Assembly: GCA_038998335.1 (NCBI GenBank)
Contig: JAVZHQ010000001.1
Location: forward strand, 224,001 to 288,000
Direction of reading: 5' to 3'
Source: Candidatus Aenigmatarchaeota archaeon
GTDB taxonomy: Archaea > Aenigmatarchaeota > Aenigmatarchaeia > CG10238-14 > SCSR01
Length of the DNA stretch: 64,000 nt
Part shown: one piece after another, positions 28,627 through 38,995 of the stretch
Layout: each line of letters begins with the position of its first letter
How positions within the stretch are numbered: position 1 is the stretch's first letter
Made by a program: the position numbers and the translations under genes
The notes under the pieces: model-generated
What the model was told of the DNA's origin: nothing
Databases searched by the model: none
What the model saw: the letters and a program-made list of their open reading frames with translations, nothing else

Positions 28627-29801
28627 ATCTCAAAAAATCTCGGCTTCTTCTTTTCTCTTTCTTCTATTAGTTTAATAACTTCTTTTATTTTTTTCTCGCT
28701 TTCCTCAACTTCTTTCCTGTTATTTCCTATACCACAACTATTGCCAACGCCTACAACAATTATCTTTCCCTTTTCCTTTGTTCTTGCAATTTCTTCTTCT
28801 ACAAGTTTTAAAACTTTTTCTTTTGCAGCGAGAATTTCTTTTTTCATAGGCTGGATTGCTTCTTCTTCGCTCATTTTAATCACTATTGTTGTTATCGGAA
28901 TTCTTTTCTTTACTGCAATATTTTCTATGTACGCTTTATCTACCCCTATTCCTCCAATAGCTACTCCTATCCCTTCTGCTACACTTCCTGTTTCTTCGCC
29001 TTCAAGCTTAAGAGCAGCGTCTATGGTTATTATCTTTGCTATTTTTTCTCTTTTTGTAACCTTTTCTACTGCTTTTCCTAGTTTTCCTAACCTTCCACCA
29101 GGACCTTTTGCTCTGATTATATAAACATCTTTTCCCTTTATCCTTCTTTTTGCAAGCAAGGTATCCTTTTCTATCTTAATTAACCTACCATTTTCTACAA
29201 GGCTTGCCCCTATTAAATTTCCTATAGCATCACCTATAGGCCAGCCATTAGTTAAAGCTTCTGTACCATAGAGCAAAGCTTTTGAGACTCTTTCTATCAA
29301 GGGCATGTTAAACTGGAAAATCAAACCAAGCTGAAAGTTTTTTGTTTTCTTTATCAAACCTAAGTAGTGCTTAACAACTTTTGAAAGGAAGTTTAAACTC
29401 ATTGCTCCCGATAGTCCCATTACCAAATTGGCTTTTGTTTCTGCGTCGCTTTGCGAAGCAATTTGATTAACAAAATAGTTAAGTCTTTCTTCTGCTAGGT
29501 TTGAAATGTGTTCGAATTTGCTTATTATTCCATAAGGATCTAGCTTCACAGGCTCTATGGTAAAGAATTCGAGAAAATGTCTTATACTTTCTTTCAATTC
29601 TTTTGAAGGTTTTTTTGTAATTTTTCTCATTATTATTTCTTCAGCTTTTGCAAGGTAAGAGTCGATAGCTCTTGCTATCTCTTCCATTCTCCAAACGATT
29701 TGAAAATAGTTCAGCCTTAAGTAAACTATAGGTAAAACTACAAAAATTAATATCAAGTAAATAATGCTCCAAATGTTAACGTCTGGGTTAAAAATATCCA
29801 T
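28623..29801 (-). CDS. DUF1512-family membrane protein
   Basis: EFFTIEPVKLDPYGI, PIGDAIG, IDAALKLEGEETG, GVGNSCGIG. Confidence 0.75.
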   Translation of the reverse strand: MDIFNPDVNIWSIIYLILIFVVLPIVYLRLNYFQIVWRMEEIARAIDSYLAKAEEIIMRKITKKPSKELKESIRHFLEFFTIEPVKLDPYGIISKFEHISNLAEERLNYFVNQIASQSDAETKANLVMGLSGAMSLNFLSKVVKHYLGLIKKTKNFQLGLIFQFNMPLIERVSKALLYGTEALTNGWPIGDAIGNLIGASLVENGRLIKIEKDTLLAKRRIKGKDVYIIRAKGPGGRLGKLGKAVEKVTKREKIAKIITIDAALKLEGEETGSVAEGIGVAIGGIGVDKAYIENIAVKKRIPITTIVIKMSEEEAIQPMKKEILAAKEKVLKLVEEEIARTKEKGKIIVVGVGNSCGIGNNRKEVEESEKKIKEVIKLIEEREKKKPRFFEI

Positions 29802-29891
29802 TTTTATCAATTTTATAAGTGTGTACAACCTTTTAAATGTTTTGTATTATAAATATATCTTTTAAATCCTAATAAATTTTTAGTGGAAAGC

Positions 29892-30587
29892 ATGAAATTA
29901 AAGGCTGTAATAGCTGTGATAATAATAATAGCAATCGTTGGTTTGCTTTTCTTTACAGATTCTGGTAAAAAAACTATCGAATTCATAGGAGGAAAATTTA
30001 GCGAAACAGCTTCATTTATTTTTGGACCAAAAAACACAAAAACCTTTAGAATGGTTTTAGAAGTAAGCTTGGAGAATAAAAAAAGTTTCTATGAGAAGAG
30101 CTTTTCTCTTAAAAATTCTAATTTCACAGCCTATAGTATTTATAACTTTATTTCTGTTGACGGAGGAATAGAAAAAATTTCAGGTAACAAAAGAGTTGAA
30201 TTAGAATTAAGAGATTTGAACGGTAAGCTTGAGGTATCAAGTGTCGGGACGCTAAGAATTTCTGGGGAAGCAAACTACATAAGGGTTGGAGATTACGAGA
30301 GAAGTAGAGACAAACCCTATCAAATTGAGATAGAAGCTTTACCTTTTGATTGTTCTCCTGCTTGTAGTTTTAAGGCTGAAAACTTAAACGCAGACCTAAG
30401 CTTTTCTGTGATTAGCGGAGAAGTTAAGAAATTAAGAAGTGATGGAAGCGTTGATCAAATAAAATACTTAAAGGAAGAAAGTCTTATAATTCAAGGATTT
30501 AAAGGAAGCTTTGAGTTAGGGAAATCTTTGATTTTAAGTGGAGAAGCAGTTCAAGTAAGAGGAAGTGATTTCCTTTACACAGGCTGA
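29892..30587 (+). CDS. membrane-anchored beta-rich hypothetical protein
   Basis: N-terminal TM helix. Confidence 0.6.
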   Translation: MKLKAVIAVIIIIAIVGLLFFTDSGKKTIEFIGGKFSETASFIFGPKNTKTFRMVLEVSLENKKSFYEKSFSLKNSNFTAYSIYNFISVDGGIEKISGNKRVELELRDLNGKLEVSSVGTLRISGEANYIRVGDYERSRDKPYQIEIEALPFDCSPACSFKAENLNADLSFSVISGEVKKLRSDGSVDQIKYLKEESLIIQGFKGSFELGKSLILSGEAVQVRGSDFLYTG

Positions 30588-30591
30588 ACGT

Positions 30592-31035
30592 ATGACTGCT
30601 AAAAAAGAAAAACCCAAGATAGCTGTTTTTGTTGACGGTCCAAACATGCTTAGAAAAGAGTTTGCTATAGACTTGAGAGAGCTTAAGAAAAGAGTGAAAA
30701 AGTATGGTAGAATAGTTATAGCAAGAGTTTTTTTAAATCAATTTGCTCCTGAAAAGTTGATAGAAGCGGTGATAAACGAAGGTTTTGAAACTATAATGGT
30801 TTTGGCAAAGGAAGAGGAAGAAGCTCAGGATGTAGATGTTGCTTTGGCTGTTTCAGCCATGGAGGCTATTTTAACAAAAAATATTGACGCGATAGCTTTA
30901 GCAACAAGAGATGCTGACTTTTTGCCAATAATTCAAAAAGCTAAGGAGTACGGAAAGAGGGTAATAGTTTTGGGCGCTCAGCCAGGTTTTTCAGCTTCAC
31001 TAAGAAATGCTGCAGATTTTGTGGAAGAGCTTTAA
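30592..31035 (+). CDS. NYN-domain protein (TIGR00288-like)
   Basis: FVDGPNMLRKEF, DVDVALA, TRDADFLP. Confidence 0.85.
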   Translation: MTAKKEKPKIAVFVDGPNMLRKEFAIDLRELKKRVKKYGRIVIARVFLNQFAPEKLIEAVINEGFETIMVLAKEEEEAQDVDVALAVSAMEAILTKNIDAIALATRDADFLPIIQKAKEYGKRVIVLGAQPGFSASLRNAADFVEEL

Positions 31036-31085
31036 AAAAAAGAGTTTAAATCTATAAAATAACAATATAAAATAAGGTGGTGTGG

Positions 31086-31415
31086 ATGGGTTTGATTACA
31101 GACTTGTTCAAAAGCCTGAAAAGAGAGGAAACACTAGTAGAATTGCCAGCAGAGGAAGAGGAAAAACCTCAAGTTAACGTAAGAGTTGAAACTTTACATG
31201 ATTTTGTTGATGTTGATAGGATAACTAGGTTGGTAAAAGAAGGGAACATAGTTTTCTTAAGAACTGCTCAAATGCAGAAGCATGACTTGGGAGAATTCAG
31301 GAATAGTGTAGAAAAACTGAAAAGAGTAAGCAAACAGTTTGGTTGGGACATAGTTGGTTTGGAAGAAGGATATATAATAGTAACACCAAGCTTTGCAAGA
31401 GTAGAAAGAAGCTAA
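31086..31415 (+). CDS. sepF: cell division protein SepF (archaeal)
   Basis: VKEGNIVF, VEKLKRV...GWDIVGL..GYIIVTP. Confidence 0.8.
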   Translation: MGLITDLFKSLKREETLVELPAEEEEKPQVNVRVETLHDFVDVDRITRLVKEGNIVFLRTAQMQKHDLGEFRNSVEKLKRVSKQFGWDIVGLEEGYIIVTPSFARVERS

Positions 31416-31771
31416 AGTTTAAAGAAAAGCCAGTAGTTTTTCTTAAACTTGATTAAGCAGTATTTTCCTTGAAGCTTCTTACCTTTTACTCTAAAAACCA
31501 TTTTTTTATCGTCTCTTTCCTCAAGAACATAAGTTCCTTTATCCCAAATCTCAACTTTTCCTGCCCCATACTGTCCTTCTGGAATTTCTCCTTCAAAATT
31601 AGCATACTCCAAATCATGATTTTCAACTTGAATTGCAAGTCTTTTAACGCCTTTTTCTTTTGGAGGTTCTTTTGGAACAGCCCAGCTTTTAAGCTTGCCT
31701 TCCATTTCAAGTCTTAAGTCATAATGCAAATGCCTAGCTTGATGTTTATGGATTACATAAATTTTTTCCAT
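31412..31771 (-). CDS. stand-alone LigD-type DNA 3'-phosphoesterase
   Basis: HQARHLHYDLRLE, SWAVPK, RLAIQVENH, GQYGAG.VEIWDKG. Confidence 0.9.
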   Translation of the reverse strand: MEKIYVIHKHQARHLHYDLRLEMEGKLKSWAVPKEPPKEKGVKRLAIQVENHDLEYANFEGEIPEGQYGAGKVEIWDKGTYVLEERDDKKMVFRVKGKKLQGKYCLIKFKKNYWLFFKL

Positions 31772-31801
31772 ACTTATATTTTAGGAATAGAAAAATATGA
31801 T

Positions 31802-32425
31802 GTGGAGCAATTAGTTCAATTGATAGAAAAATTGAAAAAAAGCGAAGTAAGTAAATTAATTGAAACTAGGATTAAAGAATTTGAAGAAAACAGAAAAAAG
31901 TCAAGCGAAGAAATTTTTAAAGAGCTTTGTTTTTGTATTTTAACTGCAAACTTTAACGCAGAAAAGAGCATAAGAATTCAGGAAGAAATTAGTAATGGAT
32001 TTTTGTTTCTGGAAAAAGAAGATTTAGAAAAAAAGTTAAGGGAGCTTGGTCATAGGTTCCCAAAGGCAAGAGCTTATTATATAGTTGAAGCAAGGAAGTT
32101 TAAAGATAAGTTAAAAAAAATTATAGAAAGTTTGAAAGAGGAAGAGCTAAGAGAATGGTTAGTGGAAAACGTTAAAGGTTTAGGATATAAAGAGGCGAGC
32201 CATTTTTTAAGAAATATTGGTTATAAAAATTTTGCGATAATAGATTTCCACATTCTTGATGTTTTAAATAAATTTAAGCTTGTAAAAAAACCAAAAGTTA
32301 TAACAAAGAAAAAATACTTAGAGATAGAGAGTTTGCTTAGAAAAATTGCTGAAGAGGCTAAGCTAACTTTAGCTGAACTTGACTTATACCTTTGGTACTT
32401 AGAAACAAGAAAAGTGTTAAAATAG
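31802..32425 (+). CDS. ogg: 8-oxoguanine N-glycosylase/DNA lyase (Ogg2 type)
   Basis: ELCFCILTAN, GHRFP, KGLGYKEASHFLRNIG, IIDFHI, LDLYLWY; likely GTG start. Confidence 0.88.
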   Translation: MEQLVQLIEKLKKSEVSKLIETRIKEFEENRKKSSEEIFKELCFCILTANFNAEKSIRIQEEISNGFLFLEKEDLEKKLRELGHRFPKARAYYIVEARKFKDKLKKIIESLKEEELREWLVENVKGLGYKEASHFLRNIGYKNFAIIDFHILDVLNKFKLVKKPKVITKKKYLEIESLLRKIAEEAKLTLAELDLYLWYLETRKVLK

Positions 32426-32446
32426 TTTTAATAACTCAATCAAGGC

Positions 32447-33370
32447 TCAACTTTCTAACCTTAAACTTAAAATGTATCCGCTACCGTCGCAAACTCTTGT
32501 GTTAAATTCTGGGCAAGTTCTACAACTGCCAAAGCCAAGCTTATATTTATCAGCCAAGGTTCTTATTTTCTTCGTTATGTTATATCTGTATTCTGGCGAA
32601 GCATAATAGTATATGTATCTTCTATCTGGTTTGGTGAAGTATAGGCTTGCAATTTTATCTTTTATTTCTGGTAAAGCTTTTTCTATTCTTTCTTTATATC
32701 TCCAAACAATTCTCAATGTCCCAGAGGTAATCATTCTAACTCCAGCTTCTTTCACTTGCTTTATTAGTTCTTCCAATTCTTTTTCATCATCATTTAAATA
32801 AGGAACGATAGGGTCTATCCAGACAGTGGTGAGAAATTTTTTTGAAAGTTCTTTTAAAACTTCTAATCTTTTTTGTGGCGAAGGGGCGTAGGGCTCGATT
32901 TTTCTTGCTTTTTCTTTATCTAAAGTTGTTACGGTGACAGAAGCGATAAAATATTTTGATTTTTCTAAAACATCCAAATCTCTTAACATTAAACCAGGAT
33001 TTTTTGTTTGGACATTTATGGGAAAATTGTTCTTAACAAGGATTTTTAAAATCTCTCTTGTTATTTGGTACTTTTCCTCTTCATAAGTATACGGGTCTAC
33101 AATAGAAGAAAGGTAAACCAAACGTTTTGGTCTGTTTTTAACTTCCTTTTTAAGTGCTTCAACCAAACCTTCCCTAGGGATCGCAACTTCTTTTTGTATA
33201 CCTCGAGATAAGTCTTGGTATTTTTTTGATTTTTTATGAAAATCGGAGAAATATCTTCCATAACAATAAACACAACCTATAGAACATCCGATGTAGGGGT
33301 TGATCGTATACTTAGGAGGACACGTACAAAGCAATTTTTGAGACGATTTGAAATCTCTTAATACTTGCAT
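32447..33370 (-). CDS. radical SAM protein, spore-photoproduct-lyase-like (COG1533)
   Basis: INPYIGCSIGCVYCY, DPY, TKNP, IEPYAPSPQKRL; extra N- and C-terminal Cys. Confidence 0.82.
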   Translation of the reverse strand: MQVLRDFKSSQKLLCTCPPKYTINPYIGCSIGCVYCYGRYFSDFHKKSKKYQDLSRGIQKEVAIPREGLVEALKKEVKNRPKRLVYLSSIVDPYTYEEEKYQITREILKILVKNNFPINVQTKNPGLMLRDLDVLEKSKYFIASVTVTTLDKEKARKIEPYAPSPQKRLEVLKELSKKFLTTVWIDPIVPYLNDDEKELEELIKQVKEAGVRMITSGTLRIVWRYKERIEKALPEIKDKIASLYFTKPDRRYIYYYASPEYRYNITKKIRTLADKYKLGFGSCRTCPEFNTRVCDGSGYILSLRLES

Positions 33371-33381
33371 TATACCACAAG

Positions 33382-33966
33382 CTAATCTTTTAAGTAGTTC
33401 AAGTTAAGGAGGTATTCTCCTTTTTCCTTTATAAGATAGCCAAGCTTACTTAATGAAAACAAGCGTCTCAATATAGTAGATTTCCTATAGGTTCCTTTTA
33501 ACGGTGAAGGTATTTTTTGTATGAGTAATTCTGGTGTAATCTTTCCTTCTTCTGCAGCAACTTCCATTATCTTATACACTAGGTCGCAGTTAAAGTGTAA
33601 GGTGTGCGTTGGATACCTCTCAAGAAATTCTTTGAGTTTCTTTGAATGTTTAGCTACAAACTCATCCTTAGGTAGATCAAGCTTTTTTGAAATAATTTCG
33701 GCTGTATCATCAGGTATTGAGAGAAATTTATCGCAAGGAAGGTGTGGTTTGGTAATAAAAGGAAGGGAAGGAACAATGAAGCCTGCTTCAGTCAACTTCT
33801 TGCTCAAATATTTTAGCTCCTTTTCAGCTTCTCTTCTTTCCTTCTTTTTTTCTCTTAGCTGATTTTCTAGTGTATTTATTTCATTTTCAAGGATTTTATA
33901 AGCTTCTATTTTTTCTACAGCCTCGTCTATAAGCTTTTTGTATTCTTTCAATTTTTCAAGACTCAT
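33382..33966 (-). CDS. coiled-coil + winged-helix protein, paralog 1
   Basis: MSLEKLKEYKKLIDEAVEKIE...LSKKLTEAGF; C-terminal STILRRLFSLSKLGYLIKEKGEY. Confidence 0.7.
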   Translation of the reverse strand: MSLEKLKEYKKLIDEAVEKIEAYKILENEINTLENQLREKKKERREAEKELKYLSKKLTEAGFIVPSLPFITKPHLPCDKFLSIPDDTAEIISKKLDLPKDEFVAKHSKKLKEFLERYPTHTLHFNCDLVYKIMEVAAEEGKITPELLIQKIPSPLKGTYRKSTILRRLFSLSKLGYLIKEKGEYLLNLNYLKD

Positions 33967-34034
33967 AATATCTATGAAATTAATCGAACAATTAAGGATT
34001 TAAATTTAATTTTTATAGAACTTTTAGGACTGTC

Positions 34035-36332
34035 ATGGCAGGGAAAAAAGAAAAATTCGAGAAATTAGTAGAGCTCTTGTTGGCAAACCCTAAAATCAAG
34101 TACCATGAAATACCTACAAACCTCCATTGGACTCTCCGAAAATCTTTTGGTGGAATTAACAACGCAAAAAGAGCTCTGAGGTTAGACGCTTACATCTCAA
34201 AAACTTATAGTTCAAAACTTCCAACCCCAGAGGAGGTAGATAAAAATTTTGCTGAACTAACAGAGAAGCTAGGAAGGCATCCTACTTATGAGGAGTTTTA
34301 CGAACATTTTCCTTCTTCCTATTACGTGATTAGAAAAGGCTTATATCCTAACGTTAAAAGTTGGAAAGAATACATTAGAAGTAAGGGTTACGAACCTTAT
34401 GATAATAGAGGGGTGATTTCTGACGAGCAGATAATTGAGCTTATAGAAAGAGGATTGAGTGATGCTGAAATTGCAAGAAAATTAGGAAGAATCACAAGAA
34501 AAGGTGTTGCCTACAGAAGAAAAAAATTAGGATACCCTCCTTTTTCAAGGAAAAAATTTACTGACGAACAATTGGAAGAGGCTATAAAGAAAAGTGGAAG
34601 TTATTCTGCAGCTGCAAGGCTTCTAGGAGTAAACTCTAGTAGTTTAGCTGAAAGAGCAAAGAAAAAAGGTATAGAATCGCCTTATATCAAAAGAGTTCAT
34701 CCAATTAAAAAATTTTTAAAGGAACAAGGCCCTTCTTTAGGTTCTGAAATCATTGCTGCGGTTGGAAACTTTAACGTGGGAAGATGGGTCTTATACGAAG
34801 GTAAAGACGTATGCTCGTTTCGCATACCAGGATATAAAAGCAAATTATATTTTCTAAAAGGACAAGAAGAGGAAGCAAAAAAGAAGAAAATTTTTTATAT
34901 AAACAAAAAAATTGAACCTCTTTTAGAGTTTATTAAAGCTAACCCAGACTGTACACGTACAAGAATAAGAAAAGAGGGGTTTGACAGTATTATTCGTTCA
35001 TGCTTTGATGACTCTCTGGATAAGGCAAAGATAATTCAAAGGTGTATCCAGTTAGGCAGGAGGGATTTAGCCAATCAACTATTACAACAAATTAAAAACT
35101 TAGACCTGAAAGATATGGAAACGTTAGTTTCTTTGTACCAAAATGAAGCGCAAAACCAAGAAGAGGATGTAAAAATTGAATATATAGACGTTTTAAGAGA
35201 GCCTAGCACTGCAAGAATCTATACAGAATCTACAGAAACAGAAATTGGAGACATTTTACCAAAAAAGCATTTTAAAGGAAGAAGGGTTATAGTAAAAGGT
35301 TTGAAACAAGCTGAAATGCCTAAAGAAATACCAATTTTATTAAGACTGGAGAGAGCGAAGAATACAATAGATTCGTACTTTATTCATAAAAAAGAATTGG
35401 AAGGAAAGGAAGAATACCTAAGAGAAGGCTATAGAATAACAAGAGCTTATCAAAGTAGTTATAGATTATTACAAAACTTGTTGAATTTGGAAGAATTAGA
35501 AGGGAAAACAGTTTTAGACTTAGGATGCGGCTCAAATTCTCCTTTAATGCAAGTCTTAAAAGACAAAAAAATTAACGCCAATGTTGTTGGGTTAGACAGC
35601 CACAAAAAATCTTTACAGATTTGTAAAGAAAAATTTTCTGAGAATGAATTTATTCAGGGTTTATATCCCTACACTCTTTTCAGCTTCAGAAGCAACAGTT
35701 TTGATTGGATTTTTGCGATAAATTGTTTGCATTACACAAATGAAAAATCTGAAATTTGTGCAACATTAATTGGTTTAGATCAGTTACTGAAGAAAGGTGG
35801 AAGAATTGTAATAATCGAACCAAGGTCTCAATCTAAGATGAAATTCAATGCTGAATTGAAGAAAAACCTTAGTGAGATGGGTTATAATGTAGAAGAGTAT
35901 AATAAATATATAAAGTGGCCAGGACCACAATACTCTCATCATCTAATTCTGGTAGGCGAAAAAATAAATGAGGTAGATAGGAGTCAGGAGTATAAAAAGG
36001 CTATTGCAGCAAGTTTGATTAAAACAAACAGGTTTGAGGAAGCTAAGAAGATTGTTGAAGATTTGGGATTAACGCTAAGTGACATAATTAAGGAGAAAGA
36101 GAAAGAAATGGTATGCATCAGAAAGCCAGAAATAAGAAAAGTTTACAAAGAACCTAAGAGAGTTTTCAGTTTTGAAGAAAACCTTAAACTATATTCTCTG
36201 ATAAAAATGGTTAAAACTACAAAGATATATTCGAGAGATTTAGCAGAAAAAATGTTTGATAAGATTTTCAATTATTATTTTCAAAAAACCGAAAAATTAA
36301 AAAAATTTCGTCCTTACGTTGGTTCAAGGTAA
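34035..36332 (+). CDS. multi-HTH protein fused to a class I SAM-dependent methyltransferase (MTase A)
   Basis: GLSDAEIARKLG and SYSAAARLLG HTHs; VLDLGCG, VGLD, FDWIFA, LLKKGG. Confidence 0.8.
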   Translation: MAGKKEKFEKLVELLLANPKIKYHEIPTNLHWTLRKSFGGINNAKRALRLDAYISKTYSSKLPTPEEVDKNFAELTEKLGRHPTYEEFYEHFPSSYYVIRKGLYPNVKSWKEYIRSKGYEPYDNRGVISDEQIIELIERGLSDAEIARKLGRITRKGVAYRRKKLGYPPFSRKKFTDEQLEEAIKKSGSYSAAARLLGVNSSSLAERAKKKGIESPYIKRVHPIKKFLKEQGPSLGSEIIAAVGNFNVGRWVLYEGKDVCSFRIPGYKSKLYFLKGQEEEAKKKKIFYINKKIEPLLEFIKANPDCTRTRIRKEGFDSIIRSCFDDSLDKAKIIQRCIQLGRRDLANQLLQQIKNLDLKDMETLVSLYQNEAQNQEEDVKIEYIDVLREPSTARIYTESTETEIGDILPKKHFKGRRVIVKGLKQAEMPKEIPILLRLERAKNTIDSYFIHKKELEGKEEYLREGYRITRAYQSSYRLLQNLLNLEELEGKTVLDLGCGSNSPLMQVLKDKKINANVVGLDSHKKSLQICKEKFSENEFIQGLYPYTLFSFRSNSFDWIFAINCLHYTNEKSEICATLIGLDQLLKKGGRIVIIEPRSQSKMKFNAELKKNLSEMGYNVEEYNKYIKWPGPQYSHHLILVGEKINEVDRSQEYKKAIAASLIKTNRFEEAKKIVEDLGLTLSDIIKEKEKEMVCIRKPEIRKVYKEPKRVFSFEENLKLYSLIKMVKTTKIYSRDLAEKMFDKIFNYYFQKTEKLKKFRPYVGSR

Positions 36333-36385
36333 AACTTTTTGGTAAAGCTTAAATTTTTTACTATTTTTAATAAGTTAAGATAAAC

Positions 36386-37099
36386 ATGGCTCTCGAAAAA
36401 TTAATAGAATACAAAAAAATGTTGGATCGAGCTATCGAACTTATCGAAACCTATCCTAAGCTTCAAGCAGAGGTGGAAAGTTTAAAAAAACAATTGAAAG
36501 AGAAAAAGAAAGCAAAGAAAGAAATAGAATTAGAACTTAAAGATTTGAACAAAAAGTTGGCAGAAGCAGGCTTTTCTGTTAAAATAGAAGAAATTATGAA
36601 GGAACCTGTTACACTTACACCTCCCAAAACAGTTGGAATACTTCAAACAATTACCAAAACAATTCTTGATTATAAAGCTGGAGAAATATTTCGTCGCAAA
36701 GACGTTTATGAAAAATTCCCACCAGAAATAAAAGAAAAATATCCTGACTACTTGAAAGTTGAAGGAAATATCGGAAAAATACTTAACAACTTAATCAAGA
36801 AAGGTGAGGTTATAAAAATTAGGTTTGGAACTTATAAAAGAGTTGGTAAGACAGAAGAAGTTGATAATCCAAGCCATTATTCAGAACCTATAAATAAAGC
36901 ATATAGTGTTATACTGACATATGAACCTGGTAAAAGGTTTACTTATAGAGATATCAGGGAAAAATTGTTACAGGATAGGGAGGTGCGTGAGTATAGAAAG
37001 GGTTTGTCTTTAAGAATAATTCAAGCACTTCAGTTAGCTGTTGATAGCGGAAAAGTTAGGAGAATTGGAAGAGACGTTTACGAGAGGTTATCTAACTAA
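36386..37099 (+). CDS. coiled-coil + two winged-helix-like domains, paralog 2
   Basis: MALEKLIEYKKMLDRAIELIE...LNKKLAEAGF; two repeats ending GEVIKIRFGTYKR and GKVRRIGRDVYER. Confidence 0.75.
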   Translation: MALEKLIEYKKMLDRAIELIETYPKLQAEVESLKKQLKEKKKAKKEIELELKDLNKKLAEAGFSVKIEEIMKEPVTLTPPKTVGILQTITKTILDYKAGEIFRRKDVYEKFPPEIKEKYPDYLKVEGNIGKILNNLIKKGEVIKIRFGTYKRVGKTEEVDNPSHYSEPINKAYSVILTYEPGKRFTYRDIREKLLQDREVREYRKGLSLRIIQALQLAVDSGKVRRIGRDVYERLSN

Positions 37100-37114
37100 T
37101 TGTTTAGAGTTAAA

Positions 37115-38995
37115 CTAATCTATTCGTAACCTAGGTAAGCTTTTTATATATTCTCTCAATTTTTGTTCATACTTTTCTTTTGCTTCTACATACTCCTTCT
37201 GTGCTTCCTCATAGATTTTTTGTGCTGAAAGACCTAAAAGTCTTGCCAGATTTCCTAAAGAGACAATTATTGTATCTGTAGGCCAACCTAAAAATCCATC
37301 TCTCCTTCTTATTTTCTCTTGTAAATCTAACATGATTTTGTGGGTTTTTTTCCATGAGATATAATGATTTGCAGCAAGATTTTTTACTTCGTTCATAGAA
37401 ATCATCCAAGGATATTTTCCTTCTTCTCTATATTCAAATAAGTCCATTATAAAATCTTTACATCTCTGATCTTCAGGATATGTTTGAAGCCATTTTTTAA
37501 GTTTTGCTAGCAATTTCTTATGAGTTCTTACAAAAATTTTGGGTGGTTTGAACTTTGGTATTCTTATTTTCTTCTCAACATCTATACCTTCTAATTCTTC
37601 TATTTTTTTGAAATAATCTTTTAAAGTATGGTTATAATTTTCCGCGATTTCATACGCACGAAGCAAATACATGGTTTTTTCCTCAGCATCACTTCTGTTT
37701 TTTGCAGCTTTAAGATAACTCATTCCAACCCCTTTTACATAAGAGTTAGTCTTATCAGTTTGAAGTGTTTTTTCAGCTATTAACAGATAAAAATAGGAAG
37801 GTTTCAAACCAACCCAATCAACTTTTAGCCTTTTCTCATGAAGGTTGTAGCTTAGACTTTCTAAATATTGTTTGGTTTCTAAATGACTTACTTTTTGAGA
37901 TCTTGGATGAACTATGAAAAATTTTCCCCCTTTTTTAAGGAGCTGGTGTAGACCAGCTAAAGTAGCATATTTCTCGATTCTGTTGTTAAAATGCATAGAA
38001 CATACAGCAAAAATGTAATCAAATGCATTATCAACAAAAGGAAGGGTATAAGGAAAATTTGCTTGTAAGTAGTTTTGTTTAGGAAATGTTTCCTTACTAA
38101 GCTTGAGGAATTTTTGGCAATCGTCCAAACCAATTACTTCAGCTTTTATGCCCTTTTTCTCAATTACATCTATCAAGGGAGACTTACATCCACAACCCAA
38201 ATCCAAGATTGTTTTTTCGTTCAATTCTTCCGGATTTATATAAGTCTCGAACAAATCAAGAAGAAGTTTATATTCTGACATAATTGGCTTTGAATTTACT
38301 ATAATTTCTGCTACTCTTATATCGATATTTTTTGCTTTATCATGAAATTCCAAACTATCTCTCACTTTTTTCATCCATCCAACTACTTTCATAATTTCTG
38401 CAGGACCTATAGAAACTTCACCAGCTTTTAGTGGTCTTAAAACATAAGATTTTGCCCTTCTTCTTCCAACTTCTCTCCACGCTTCAACTTCTGCCTCCAT
38501 GTCTTTTGTATAAGTGTAGTGTTTACGGAATATTCTATTAAAGCCTCTTTTTAACCTCTTTCTTTCATTTCTCTCAGGAATTTTTTCGATAAGTTTATAG
38601 AAGTCAAAAATCATTTCGAGACCGTGAGCAGAAGGAAATCTAGGAATTTCTTGGTGTAAATAATTTGCTATTAAATCTCGAATTGGTTTAGCTATGTAGA
38701 TAACAACCTCTTCTGGAACTTTTTCTGTTTTTGGAAATAGCACGTTTGTTATATCGTCAAGAGTAGAAAATTTTAAGTATCGAAAAATAAGCTCAGAAAT
38801 AAGAGTTTCTTGGTCTTCTTTCAGGTTTGACAAGTTAAGAACTTTCTTGCTATATCCCCTTACAATAGAAGGAAGATTACTCCTTAAAACTGCATATATT
38901 TCTCTAACTTTTTCCTCGTCTCTGATTAAATGCTCTATCTCATCTTTATAGATTTTCATTATCGTTTTGGGAAGACTTTTCAATTCTTTTCGCAT
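37115..38995 (-). CDS. large class I SAM-dependent methyltransferase (MTase B), paralog of MTase A
   Basis: ILDLGCG, IGLD, FPYTL, FDYIFA, ATLAGLHQLLKKGG, PRSQ. Confidence 0.8.
   Translation of the reverse strand: MRKELKSLPKTIMKIYKDEIEHLIRDEEKVREIYAVLRSNLPSIVRGYSKKVLNLSNLKEDQETLISELIFRYLKFSTLDDITNVLFPKTEKVPEEVVIYIAKPIRDLIANYLHQEIPRFPSAHGLEMIFDFYKLIEKIPERNERKRLKRGFNRIFRKHYTYTKDMEAEVEAWREVGRRRAKSYVLRPLKAGEVSIGPAEIMKVVGWMKKVRDSLEFHDKAKNIDIRVAEIIVNSKPIMSEYKLLLDLFETYINPEELNEKTILDLGCGCKSPLIDVIEKKGIKAEVIGLDDCQKFLKLSKETFPKQNYLQANFPYTLPFVDNAFDYIFAVCSMHFNNRIEKYATLAGLHQLLKKGGKFFIVHPRSQKVSHLETKQYLESLSYNLHEKRLKVDWVGLKPSYFYLLIAEKTLQTDKTNSYVKGVGMSYLKAAKNRSDAEEKTMYLLRAYEIAENYNHTLKDYFKKIEELEGIDVEKKIRIPKFKPPKIFVRTHKKLLAKLKKWLQTYPEDQRCKDFIMDLFEYREEGKYPWMISMNEVKNLAANHYISWKKTHKIMLDLQEKIRRRDGFLGWPTDTIIVSLGNLARLLGLSAQKIYEEAQKEYVEAKEKYEQKLREYIKSLPRLRID

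Noticed and set aside
34035-38995. Classical restriction-modification system
   Set aside because: No DPPY/NPPY/SPPY or PC catalytic motifs, and no endonuclease or specificity subunit recognised.
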